The position numbers and the translations under genes are program-made. From positions 62,372,001 to 62,436,000 of the forward strand of contig NC_042998.1 of assembly GCF_006345805.1 (NCBI RefSeq): a stretch of DNA of 64,000 nucleotides, in the 5' to 3' direction. The stretch is from Octopus sinensis (taxonomy: Eukaryota). Position 1 is the first letter of the stretch. Each line of letters starts with the position of its first letter. The notes beneath the pieces were generated by a model that was given only the letters and a program-made list of their open reading frames with translations, was not told where the DNA came from and searched no databases. Below are positions 50,721 through 64,000 of the stretch, piece by piece.

Positions 50721-52284
50721 AAGTATTATTAGAAAGAAAAATGCATTCGAAGTTCAGTAGTATTTAAGCCCGCTATTATTTCACACTAATAAAGATTTAA
50801 TATGTTTTAGTTGATTAGGGGCGTTCATGCTTACAGAATCTAATTCAGACAAATAAATCTTATGTAAAGATTTTTCTGCCATTTATCTGCGATAAAATAC
50901 AGGATTATAAACAAATATCTTGTTAATAGTGACATACTGACCACTAAAAACACTTTCACGAGAAATAATTCCATTCCTACTTGATATTATGGCGAGAAGT
51001 AATTTGCTGTTTAGTAGCAAATTATTTCTAACAAGAATCTTAAGTGAGAATGGAATTATTTTTGGTGAAATAGAAATGAGATTAGATAAAATTAGGCTAT
51101 ATCACGGGGTTTAAACAATATACTAAGTTTATTCTTTCCTTATATTGAATTTCAGCTAATCGGCTCTTGATGAAAAGGAAAAGAGAATAAATCCACTTTT
51201 TGGGTACATAGCTAGTTAATAAAGAAATAGATAAATAAATATATGATAGGAAGTATTGGTTTTAGTTAACTCATTCTGATTTCAGTATTAGATGTGTCAA
51301 ATCTAAAACGGTTGTATTTTAATCTAGATTAATTATAGCAGAGTTAGCGCATTTTACAATATTTGTGTTAGATATTTTATGATATTTGTGACAGGGAGGA
51401 AAATGTTTATTAAGTAAAGATTATTGTCTATAGGGCTTGTTTCTTTCAATCTATGAAGAGGATTATACGAACATAGATTTAAAAGAAAATAGAATGTAGG
51501 ATAGTTTATCTTTAAATTCACTCTTTACTCAGGCCTCGTTGTAATATGACGAATAATCATTAAAACATGGTTCATTAGTAGAATTACTGGGACAACTAAG
51601 TAAACTTAATTAAGTTTTTGGTAATATATTTCTAGGATGGTTGCACCATCTATTTATATAATTTACCGATCTGTTTTGTTTATAGTAAGAGGAGTAAAGA
51701 CAATTATTTAGATAAGTGTTGCTATTAGCCTCTGAGATAATACATAAAACTTAGTTTTCAAAGAAAAGATGATCTTTCCTAATTTTGTCAGTTGTTTGTT
51801 GGTTACAATTCGTTTGTATTAATGAATCGTCTTCTCAGTTTAATCTACAATCAATAATGGGAAATCTTTATTCTAGTTCATGTAACAAAAGCAACTAAGT
51901 TAAATCAGCAACTTCAGTCGAGTCACCAGCTCCTATACCGATACCAACGAAAGCTCAAGATCATTTGTTTGACAAAGTCTTGAGCTTAGCCAAGCACTTA
52001 TTTCATCGGGTTACCATGAGAGAAGATCTTTTTATGGACTTGTGGTGTATATAAGTATTCGTGTTTATATCGAAAGCGGGAGATAATCGTCTGGTGTCAC
52101 CATCGGGGTTACGAGATCACATGATTTCGGCCTTTCCTGGCCTTGTCAATGCTAGACGTCCGACACCAGAGACAGCAGCGATTCCTCTGTCAGCGATATT
52201 CATAGAGCTTCAGGTTCTAGCCAGACACTGGTGTCGCAGATAACTAGTGAGCTTAACACAACATCCACTTTTAAGTTAGGGTAA

Positions 52285-52720
52285 GTATTCTTTTCTACTC
52301 TAGGCACAAAGCCCGAAATTTTTTGGGAGTGGGGTCATTCGATTAGATCGACCCCAGTACGCAACTGGTACTTAATTTATCGACCCCGAAAGGATGAATG
52401 GCAAAGTCGACCTCGGCAGAATTTGAACTCAGAACGTTAAGACAGACGAAATACAGCTAAGCATTTCGCCTGGCGTGCTAACGTTTCTTATATCTTTATT
52501 TCCCACAAGGGGCTAAACATAGAAGGGACAAACAAGGACAGACAAACCGATCGTGTCGATTAGATCGACCCCAGTGCGTAACTGGTGCTTAATTTATCGA
52601 CCCCGAAAGGATGAAAGGCAAAGTCGACCTTGGTGGAATTTGAACTCAGAACGTAGCGCCAGACGAAATATCGCTAAGCATTGCGCCCGGCATGCTAACG
52701 TTTCTGCTAGCTAGCTGCCT
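52285..52720 (-). mobile_element. SINE family A dimer
   Basis: Two units joined through GCTAACGTTTCTTATATCTTTATTTCCCACAAGG. Confidence 0.85.
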
Positions 52721-53127
52721 TAGGAGTGAAAAATATTACCAGAGAATAATAGGAAGACCTGTACACAACTGTCTTAAATTACGAAAGATAAAGGTGGCTA
52801 CAGCGAGATTTGAACCCAGGTTTATAAGGTATATTATCAGATACCCAAATAACTTCGCTATTTTTTCACCCTATCGTTTTTCTGTAAACCATTGTTCCAC
52901 AACCACTCAAAACCCACTGATGCTGGTTTGATTCGTGTTTAGTTTGTGTTGTTCACGTTCAAGAGCTGAATGATGCATGCGTGTGTACGCGAACCTCTGT
53001 GTAGTGTGTAAGTTTGCGCATGCATTCACATGCACACGCAGACGCGAGCACATATACATATGCTTGAATAAGCACATATCTAAACCTATTCGTCTAAACA
53101 ATACATACTTTCAAAATACACACATAC

Positions 53128-53185
<58 letters not shown>

Positions 53186-53272
53186 ACATTCATACACATA
53201 CACACACACACACACAGACACACACACATATATATATATATATGTGTGTGTATGTGTGTGTGTGTGTGTGTC

Positions 53273-53304
<32 letters not shown>

Positions 53305-53374
53305 AATGTACACACATATACATGCATTTATATAGAAATATATATTCATGTATATTCATGTATAATCATATATG

Positions 53375-53442
<68 letters not shown>

Positions 53443-54728
53443 GTGTGTGTGTGTAAGTGTGTGTGTGTATGAGTATGTGTGTGTATGTGATACTTCACTT
53501 CGTTGGTAATAGACGTGTTTGTGTATTTGGTATCAGACAGCAAACTCACACACTGCACACAGACACGCATAAACACATGCACACATGTACACACACGAAC
53601 ACATATTGTAGAATTTAGACAAAAACATCGTTTTATCATGGAATCTCATGTACCGTCGTAAGTGTATTGATTATAAAGTATCGGCTCCACACCACGCCAT
53701 TTCCAAGACGGAATATTTTGGGTTTACGTTTAAATTGACAAAATCTTAGAAGAAAAAAGAGAACACAAAAGAAAAAAAAAAAAAAAAAAAGAAAAAAAGA
53801 ACAAAACAAAAACAAACCAACCAGCAAACGTAACACGCTGGTGCTAAATGCTTGTTTCAACAGTGAACAAATTAAAATCGATATAAGATAAAAAAAAATT
53901 TAAAAAAATAATAATAATAAAGAGCATAGAAATAAAAGATAAATGATAAAAATAAAAAAAAACAAAAATTAAAGAAAAAATATAAAAAAGTAAAAATGCG
54001 AAATAATGTTTTGAGAAACTAGTCAATAGAATTCTCCACGAAATCTACTTACTTCGGTTCATTTTGGTACGCTTGAATTCTCTGTTGGCATTTTAGTTCG
54101 CACTGGAGATAATTCCTAACGCAACACTTCTTAAATGAGATACAGTTTTTCATATCAGCAGGGGTTTTGTTGTGTTTTTGTTGTTATTATTATTATTGTT
54201 GTTGTTGTTGATATTGTAGAGTTGTTTGTGTCCTTTTTCTGTTGCTTTTTTTTTTTTTTTGCTTTTCGTTTTTCTCTTTCTTTTGTAGTTTTTTTTTCTG
54301 GTCGCTGTTTAGCACTTTTCTTTTGATAAGTTGTTTCGTTAATTTGTAGAATTGAACTTTTTAACCACCTCACCACCACCGCCACAGCCGCCGCCGTTGC
54401 CCAATGGGCTTCAAGAACGCATCAGAACCCTTTTTCGTCTTTCTGTGTTATTCTTTGAATCATTATAGAGAAGATATCTTCTTCTTCTTCTTCTTCTTCT
54501 TCTTCTTCTTCTCTTTTTCCCTTTTTCTTCTCCTTTACCCCTTTTCTCCTATTCTTCTACTTTTCTTCTTTTCTCCCCTCCTCCTCTTCTTCTTCTTCTT
54601 TTCTTCTTCTTCTTCTTCTTCTTCTTCTCTTTTTCCCTTTTTCTTCTCCTTTTCCCCTTTTCTCCTTTTCTTCTCCTCCTCCTCTTCTTCTTCTTCTTCT
54701 TCCTCTACTACTACTACTACTACTAGTT

Positions 54729-54773
<45 letters not shown>

Positions 54774-55104
54774 ATACTACTACTAATACTACTACTACAC
54801 GAACACTTGTGTATCCAATGTGTATTGTGTATAGAATTTAACAGAGGGGACTTGTGCGGAATCCCACCGGGTATGTACGAGCGCGTACGTGTATATGTTC
54901 TGGGAGTGACTCTCTCTTTCCTTCTCTCCTGCTGTCTCTCGCTCTCTTCCTCAATTGGCTAAACTACCCTGCAGTAGGATCGCGGGGGCCACTCACAAGT
55001 ACCTGAGATTTTACAAAGGTTGTAAGACCTTATAGATTTATAATTAAATAAATAAATAAATAAATATCCAGAGAGCTAAGGGACCCCATAACATTCTAAC
55101 ACTA

Positions 55105-55460
55105 CCTCTTTACTCTTTTACTCGTTTCAGTCATTTTGACTGCGGCCATGCTGGAGCACCGCCTTTAGTCGAGCAAATCGACTTCTTTGTACGCTTAGTA
55201 CTTATTCTATCGGTTTTTTTTGCCAAACCGCTAAGTTACGGGGACGTAAACACACCGGCATCGGGTGCCAAGCGATGTTGGGACACACACACACACATAT
55301 ACGACGGTTTTATTTCAGTTTCCGTCTACCAAATCCACTCACAAGGCTTTGTTCGGCCCGAGACTATAGTAGAAGACACTTGCCCAAGGTAGTGGGACTG
55401 AACCCGGAACCATGTGGTTGGTAAGCAAGCTACTTACCACAAAGCCACTCCTGCGCTTAC
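55105..55460 (-). mobile_element. SINE family B
   Basis: Head, body and (GTAAAAGA)n tail present. Confidence 0.88.
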
Positions 55461-56282
55461 AAAATTCTCCAAGAAGTATCAGATAAATCACTGACACACG
55501 AATACATTTTGTCAAACAACAACCCTCTACACGCACCAGGTGGTGCTATTAAACTAGACATAGTCTAGGCCGATACCAAACAAAACCTAAGTTATCTAGG
55601 GAGAGTCATTATGTCAATATAGTTACCACACACTGATTCAATTCATTGAAAAGTTTGAAAGTAGCGACGAAAGAGCTTTTGACAAATAAAAACAAAGCAA
55701 ATTAGTCGGATATTTAATCAATTTAATCAATAAAGAAAAAGGAGTGGAATTGAACCAGTGTGTGTATTAATTATACTGGGGTAATGACTCTTCCTTGACA
55801 CGTCAAAATTTGTTTCAACACACAAATTCATATAAAGAATCTTGTAAACAATAATCAAAAACTAAGTTCAGAGGGTTACCCACTTGCAAACAAATGTGGT
55901 AACATATAACAATATTGACCAAGGTCAACGTGGTCTTTTTCGTAGGCTTTTCTTCCCACGGATAAACCTTACTTGCTTTACCCTTTACACCATACATCAT
56001 AACACTGTGATACACGATCCCTATTGATCGTTTTTTCTCTTCCCCTTTTTTCCCCCTTTTCTCTTCTTTTTTTCATTTCTCTTTTCTTTTGTTCCTTTTC
56101 CTTTTTTCTTTCTTTTCTTTTTTTTCTTTTTTGTTCTTTTTTTCCCTTTTACGATCCCTTTTGATCGAAAACCTACGCTACCTTTTTTTTGTTTCTTTTG
56201 TTTTTTGTTTCTTTCATCCCCAAAAGAAAAGCTCTACTTTGTAACTTGTCCCATCTGTGTGCAGCCCTGTATGGCCAATAAA

Positions 56283-57015
<733 letters not shown>

Positions 57016-57049
57016 TTTGTACATACACACACACATGTATACATAGTGA

Positions 57050-57345
57050 ACTCTCCCGTCGAAGACGACGAATGAGCGTTCAGCTTTTTCCGAACGACCT
57101 GCACAAAGGAAATGTTTATAGTGATCAAATGTTCGTGCCGCTCATTAGTTCACTCATTCCATCACATCGGCGTTACCTGAACAAGTGCACTGCGTGTCAC
57201 GCATCAGGTATCGAAGTTTATCGCAGCGCAACATGAAATGAAGTGTTTTGTTCAAGAACACAACGCCCCACTCGGTCTAGGAATTGAAACTATGATATCG
57301 CAATTGAGAATCCAACACCCTAACGACTAGGCCATGCAACCTCAT
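57050..57345 (-). mobile_element. CORE-like tRNA-headed SINE, old
   Basis: ATGAAATGAAGTGTTTTGTTCAAGAACACAACGC plus a tRNA-like head in reverse complement. Confidence 0.6.
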
Positions 57346-57974
57346 ATATATGAAGAACTAATAATAAATTGATGTTAATTTGTTGCTGTTGCTGTTATTG
57401 TACAGTTCCAGGTTAACGTTGATTAAGTAGAGATATGATCAAGGCGCTCTAACCGTGACCATTCTATCAATATTCAATATAGCATGTTATCTTGTGTATC
57501 TTTTCTGTCTTAAGACGTTTAAGGTGTAATGTAAGGTGATTTGATTGTTGTTTTAAGATTTCGTATTATCAAGTAGGGCTTTTCACACTGGGAAAATGTG
57601 TGCTTTTGTTTAAAGAATGTGGTAGACCCAACTGTAGTATATGTTTCAATCTGACAGGAGGAGATCCGTTTTAAACAATGACACCTCTTCAGAATTAAAA
57701 AAACCCAGCTTTACCTCTTCATCTAAGCCCTAATTTATGCAGTTACAAGCTCAATATGAGTAGAGCATTACATAGGACAGACCAGAGAGTCTCTAAGACA
57801 ACCCAAAGCTTTACAAAAATCACATATACAAATGCGGAAAGGTAGATAAATAGGACTCAGCGAAAATATAGACACATGTACAGGTAAGAAATGACCAAAT
57901 TTTACGACTTCTCCCCTTTATCAATTTAGCAATTAGACAACACAATAACTTATCAGTGAAGAAACAACCGTTAT

Positions 57975-58990
57975 TCGGAGTAAAACAAGGTGATATCTCT
58001 GCCCCAACCCCTTTTACTATATAATTGTATGTAATTGTATCTTACGCTTTCCAGGACAGCGATATCGGCATCTACATTCGCTTCAGTACCACAGGTAAGG
58101 TCTTTGATGAAAAACGCTTCAATTCCTTTATGCTGACGATGTAATTTTTGTTGCTCACTATGAAGAAGACATGATGTCTATAATACATTTCTTCTTAACA
58201 GCATGTGCTTATTTTACATTTGCCATCAATCTGAAGACAAAAGTTATGCTCTTTCCGCCAATAGGCCAGACCTATATCGAACTTAACATCCAGGGTACAA
58301 GTTTGAATGTGGTTGACTCTTTCGTCCACTTTGGCAGCGTCCTCGGATTCCCTGATTCTTAAACAAATTTGAGGATCGAAAAACAAGCAAAACAGAAATT
58401 TTGAAAATCGCGTATGGTGTGCCAGCTATATCACCATAAAAGCCAAGTTCAGCGGCTATGAATGATGTGTCTTAACTGCGCATTTATACTCTTTCGAGAC
58501 TTAGATTACACATCATCGTCACATGAAGGCTTTGGAAAGATTCCACCAGTCTTGACTTAGGAGGCTCTTAAACCTTTACTGGCAGTCCCTAACACCAAAC
58601 ACTGTTGTTCTCCAGCAATCCAACACATTCAGTATTGAAATTCTCCTTATACTCAGGCAAATCAAGTTGGGCTGAGTAGCGTACTAAAATAGAGGATAAA
58701 AGGTTATCTAAGGAGTGGTTTTACGGGGAGTTGTAACGTGGTAAATAGCCAAACGTTTTAGGGATGCCGTCTACAGCAACCTTGAGGCTTTTAGTGTGAA
58801 TGGGAGTAAATGACGGAAGAGCGATTGCTTTGGAAAAGAAGTGATTTACAATGGCTGGTAAGTATTTGAAGCACCGAGAACTGAACGACCCATCTTGAAA
58901 CGAGGACTTCGTAAAACAGGATTTAACTCGAAAATATTTATAATACCGTCAGTAGGATCTCTTTATTTAAAGGCGGACTTGTTGCTCACA
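57975..58990 (+). mobile_element. Decayed RTE (BovB-like) LINE, RT to 3' end
   Basis: GVKQGDISAPT, DIGIYIRFSTTGKVF, YADDV, INLKTKVM, FVHFGS, ALERFHQ..LRRLL. Confidence 0.8.
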
Positions 58991-59619
58991 TGAGACCTCA
59001 TGACAGCATTTACTAATTGAAGAGATGGCCTTTTCTAAAGAAGTGATAATCCATACACATACATACATACATGCATACATGCATATATACATACAAATAT
59101 GTGTACATGTATGTACACACACACGCATTTATGCATACAGATTTCTGGACTTACATACATGCGCACACATTCACATTACCATTTATGTTCGTGCCTGTGT
59201 GTATGATGTTTCCCATTAAAACAGAAATACAACTGTTTTTTTTTTATTTCAAAGATTAATTCAGATACATTCTTTATATTTCTTTATCAATCCTTTATGG
59301 TTGTTTTGAACAATAAATGTCCTAGCTACATCAACTATTCAAGACCTTTTTCAATTTTCAACTTTCATTTAGAATATATATATATTTAATCATTCTTACT
59401 ATTGCTCTCATATATATATATATATAATATATATATATTTATATATATGTACATGTTGTGTGTATTTGTATATACATACATAAACATATATATATAAATA
59501 CCATGTACATATACATACATGCATCATACATATATATATTTATATATATATATATGTACGTGTATCTCTATTTTATATATATATATATATATATATAAAT
59601 ACATGTATACATACATATA

Positions 59620-59665
<46 letters not shown>

Positions 59666-60270
59666 TATATATATATATATAATATATATATATATGTCTG
59701 TATATATGTACAAATACAATATATATATATATATGGTGTGTGTGTGTGTGTGTGTGTGTGCGTGTATGTATGTATATATATACAAATATATATATGTAGA
59801 AGAGAATCACGGGAGTAGTATATGTTTCTCGTTTGTTATATTGTAGAATGATGTAAAATAAATAAACAACAATAACAACTGTCTCTGCCATCACTTCATT
59901 CAGAAGATAAAACCACGAATATCTTGAAACGTTGACGATCCTAAGAAATTTATTGACCGAAACAGACCATAAAATTTTAGTATAAAAAAGAGGAGGAATC
60001 AATCCTAAATAGATAGATAGAGAGATCGATAGTTAGATAGCTAACTAGCTAGATAAATAGAGAGTGAGTGAAAGAGAGAGATAGGAAGAAAGAGAGGGAG
60101 TGAGAGTGTGAGAGAGAGATAGGAAGAAACAGAAAGGAGAAGAGTGAGTTGTAATTTAATCGTGTTTCTGTGACATTTATTTAAAAGAAAAGAGGAGTTA
60201 GTCACAACGCACAGACACGCAAACACACACATGCAGATACACACATGCACACACACACGTACACACGCGC

Positions 60271-60308
<38 letters not shown>

Positions 60309-60414
60309 TGCATACAGACATAAAAAACATAAGCATATACATTTACATGTATATGTGCATGCATACATAAAATATATATAAATGCATGTGTGGGTATATA
60401 TATATATATATATA

Positions 60415-60449
<35 letters not shown>

Positions 60450-60644
60450 ATGAGTATATATACATGGGTGTATGGTTATATTGACATACCCATGACACAA
60501 ATGAAAAAACACTACATATATTTATATATGATGTAGTATAATATATATGCAGCATACATACTACCATACATACATAATACATACATACATACATACATAC
60601 ATAGATATATCTATATATAGATATATATATATATATATATATAT

Positions 60645-61062
60645 ATCACCTTGATCACCTTGATCACCTTAACCGACAGTCCGTCAGACACCGCTGGTCA
60701 CAGCACGATGTCCACTCCTCTCTGGATCGCACCTTTCTCATCCACGTGATCCCAATCGTCCTCCTGAAATCGTAACTCCACCGTCGTGGAGGTCTTCCGG
60801 GTGGTCTTTTCCGCTTACGCGGGTACCACTCGACAACTGCGTGCGTCCACCGATTATCGGTGAGCCGGGCGACGTGTCCAGCCCATCTATACTTGCTGCG
60901 TGTATACTCTGCGATGACATCTCTCAAGCCGGACTTCTTTCTGATGATCTTGCTACTTATGTGCTCTCTCAACGAGATTCCAAGCATTGACCTTTCCATG
61001 GCTCTTTGAGCCGTTACCAGTCTTTGCTCTTCTCCCTTTGTGGTAGTGAAACATGGGTAGTG

Positions 61063-61065
<3 letters not shown>
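60645..61065 (-). mobile_element. RTE-clade LINE 3' fragment with (AAGGTGATC)3 tail
   Basis: TTTKGEEQRLVTAQRAMERSMLGISLR...RWAGHVAR..DNRWT..VVEWYPR.RKRPPGRPPRRW; tail visible as TCACCTTGA repeats at 60646-60670. Confidence 0.88.
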
Positions 61066-61101
<36 letters not shown>

Positions 61102-61133
61102 AATCCATTCATAGACTCACATCTATAATATGC

Positions 61134-61256
61134 ATGATCTTGCTACTTATGTGCTCTCTCAACGAGATACCAAGTATTGACCTTTCCAGGGCTCTTTGAG
61201 CCGTTACCAGTCTCTGCTCTTCTCTCTTTGTGATAGTGAAACATGGGTAGTGAAAT
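61134..61256 (-). repeat. Local duplication of the RTE 5' junction (copy of 60945-61066)
   Basis: Near-identical sequence including GTGAAACATGGGTAGTGAAA. Confidence 0.85.
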
Positions 61257-62137
61257 ATATATTATATATATATATATAATTCATAAATGAGGGCAAAGGA
61301 GAAAACAATTTCTAATGCCAAATATGCCGAAAAAATTGGACATATTGTCATTAACCATATAATTTTTCACATACGCACGCTACTCGAAAAAAGGTCGACA
61401 GAAATTTCTAAAAAATTCCATTATTACCATATCGGACCGATTTCAGAGTTAGCTACTAAGAGCCCTCCCTTCGTCAGTGATACATGTGGCAAAAGAAATA
61501 AATGAGATACTTACATACCCATGTATATATATATATATACACACAAATCCATTCATAGACTCACATCTATAATACGCATGCATTTTATGTATACTATGAA
61601 TATTGCATGAGTAGTGGAGTAGCATGGTGGAACCTTTAACCTCGTCCTGTAACTGCGATTGCCAGGATTCGATCCCACTGTATGGCGGTATCTTGGGCAG
61701 ATGTAATTTTCTATAACCTTTGGTCGACTTACATTTTGTGTGTGAATTTGTGTAGACAGAAATTGTATAGAAGATCGTAGGCTGGTTTGTATTTGTAATT
61801 TACAATGTATAGCTCTGTATCAAGAGAAGATAATTCTGTGGTTTCATCAATTGAATTATCTACTCTTGAATTAACGTGTATGTGGCTGAATATTCCACTG
61901 TAATTCAAACCCAGATTCAATGTGATACTTCGTGTGAAAACGATGTACCTTTTGAAAAAGTACAATTAGAATGCACTCGATGGGCTTCCATGCAGTTTCC
62001 TCTTTTTTTCATGCATTTCCATTTACTAAATATGAATCAACTTGAAACTTTCCCAAAGTTCAAACGCAGCGGAATCGAACCCTTGACTACGTGGTTGAAA
62101 ACTGAACTCCTTAACCATACATTTCTCTCCCTCTTTC

Positions 62138-62168
<31 letters not shown>

Positions 62169-62207
62169 TTATATATATATATATATATACACACACATAC
62201 ACACATA

Positions 62208-62610
62208 TAGGCGCAGGAGTGGGTGTGTGGAAAGAGGCTTGCTTCCGAACAACATGGTTCCGGGTTCAGTCCCACTGCGTGGCACCTTGGGCAAGTCTCT
62301 TTTACTATAGCCTCGGGCCGACCATAACCTTGTGAGTGGATTTGGTAGACGGAAACTGAAAGAAGCCCATCATATATATATATATATATATGTGTGTGTG
62401 TATTAGTGTTTGTGTTTGTACCTCCCCCATCACTTGACAAGCGTTGTTGGTGTGTTTACTTCCTCGTAATTTAGCGGTTCGGCAAAAGAGAACCTATGGA
62501 ATAAATACTAGACTTACAAAGAATATCCCTGGGGTCGATTTGTTCGACTGAAAGCGGTGCACCTGCACGGCCGCAGTCAAATGACTAAAACAAGTAAAAG
62601 AATAAAAGAA
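62208..62610 (+). mobile_element. SINE family B, full length
   Basis: GGCGCAGGAGTGGGTGTGTGG...GGGTTCAGTCCCACTG...GACTAAAACAAGTAAAAG. Confidence 0.9.
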
Positions 62611-62625
62611 TACACACACACAATC

Positions 62626-62683
<58 letters not shown>

Positions 62684-62784
62684 GGTTCAAAATTATACAA
62701 AAAACGAAAGACAAGAGACAGAGACATGAAAGAGTATAACAAACAAGTTGTATTAGTTTGACGCTTAGGAAAAATGCAAGAAGT

Positions 62785-62820
62785 CTTTGACGTTTCGAGC
62801 CTACGCTCTTCTACAGAAAG
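62785..62820 (-). ncRNA. Minimal hammerhead-like motif with CUGUNGA core, copy 3
   Basis: Reverse complement CTTT CTGTAGA A GAGC GTAG GCTC GAAAC GTC AAAG. Confidence 0.6.
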
Positions 62821-64000
62821 GAATGAGGAGAGAAAACAGAAAACGTCTACGGAATAACTGTTGCACATATTTTGCGCGTGTTGAATTGTGTGTATATGAC
62901 ATATGTACATATACACCCACGTGCACACATACACAGCATGGTTTTGATTGTAGATTAGCTACGTTCGCATTCGTAAAAGTGATGTACTTTCATATTTTTC
63001 GTAAGTGTAAAGAATTATAGTCTAGAAGGTGAGTAACTTTGGTGCAAAGGAATCACGGAATTTCATCACCCGGTAGATGCTTGATTCGAATTCCGTTGCT
63101 GACTGCTCTTGTTTTTTTTTCCGCATTCAGGGTTTATTATAAAAAATTTTACCCGCTATATTATACGTCATTATTCATAGTTACAAGTTACATTGACATT
63201 CGATCAATTTTGTAAAACACACACTCGCATCACGCGCACACACACACACACACACACCACACACACACACACACATACACAAAAATCCTTTTGATTTTTC
63301 TTTCTTTCCCGTTCTTCCACTAATCCTTCAATCCCCCCCGTCCCCCACACCTCTCTCCTCCTTCCACGTGACCGGTTTTTGGCCAGCCATGATCTTTCTT
63401 GGCTTGACTGCCGACCACCAACATCTCTTATGTCCATCTCCTATGTTCCTGCCTCAAAGCTTTCACACACGCCAGCCCAATTTGATTTGTTCTCATTAGT
63501 CGAAAGACACCTGTTATTATATTCTTGTTGCTTGTATTTGTAATTGTGTAATATTTTCTCCGTGTTTTGTCTTTGCTGTCGCACACATTCGCTTGCTTTC
63601 TTACAAAGAATCTATTGGTCTTAGATGAGGGGCAACCAAATTTGAACTGTCTCAAGTGTAAATTTCCGAAACTGTAAGGACAATGTCGAAACTTGACTGA
63701 TGAAAGAAGGCCACGAATGACCCATCCGGTCCCTCTATTTGTTGTTTTCCCTGTCCGCCTTTGTATCGGCTATTTCTCCGGATGTTTTATTGTCCTCTAT
63801 TTCGTTTTTGCTCTATTTTATATATATATATATATATACTAAGAATAAAGGGTTTAGGTCACGAATTGCCTTACCACATACCGAATTTAGAAAGAGCAGT
63901 CAAAGGGTATAGCTATTTCTTCTACTAAAAGGGGAGATCTCAGTAAAAACACAGCAATTGGAAGGCAGACCCCTATATATGCATGTGTAGTAGTGACATG

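Noticed and set aside
63672-63696. Possible fourth CUGU-type hammerhead (CTGTAAGGACAATGTCGAAACTT)
   Set aside because: Core, stem I and cleavage triplet are too degenerate.

Overview
Eukaryotic, AT-rich, microsatellite-dense, repeat-dominated DNA. It is most likely an octopod cephalopod genome, inferred from the SINE repertoire and an 18S fragment with a GC-rich expansion. No host gene can be named; only a few candidate exons are visible. Almost all ORFs in the track are microsatellite or SINE artefacts. Real content: (i) several R4/Dong-like (RT + CCHC + restriction-like endonuclease) non-LTR retrotransposon copies of at least three subfamilies, all lying in (TAA)n arrays; (ii) a near-complete Penelope-like element with inverted pseudo-LTRs and a second Penelope-like RT remnant; (iii) RTE and CR1/L2-like LINE fragments; (iv) two Tc1/mariner relics; (v) three abundant tRNA-headed SINE families; (vi) an unexplained ~550-bp TAA-flanked element with a fixed 5' end; (vii) hammerhead-ribozyme-like modules, including a three-copy family with a non-canonical CUGUNGA core; (viii) a dispersed 18S rRNA fragment. 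The most unusual signals are a 9x26-bp array built from a LINE's own truncated 5' end, the variant hammerheads, and a strand-ordered community of elements nested in TAA microsatellites. All alignments and translations were done by eye. Some frameshifts may be assembly indels.
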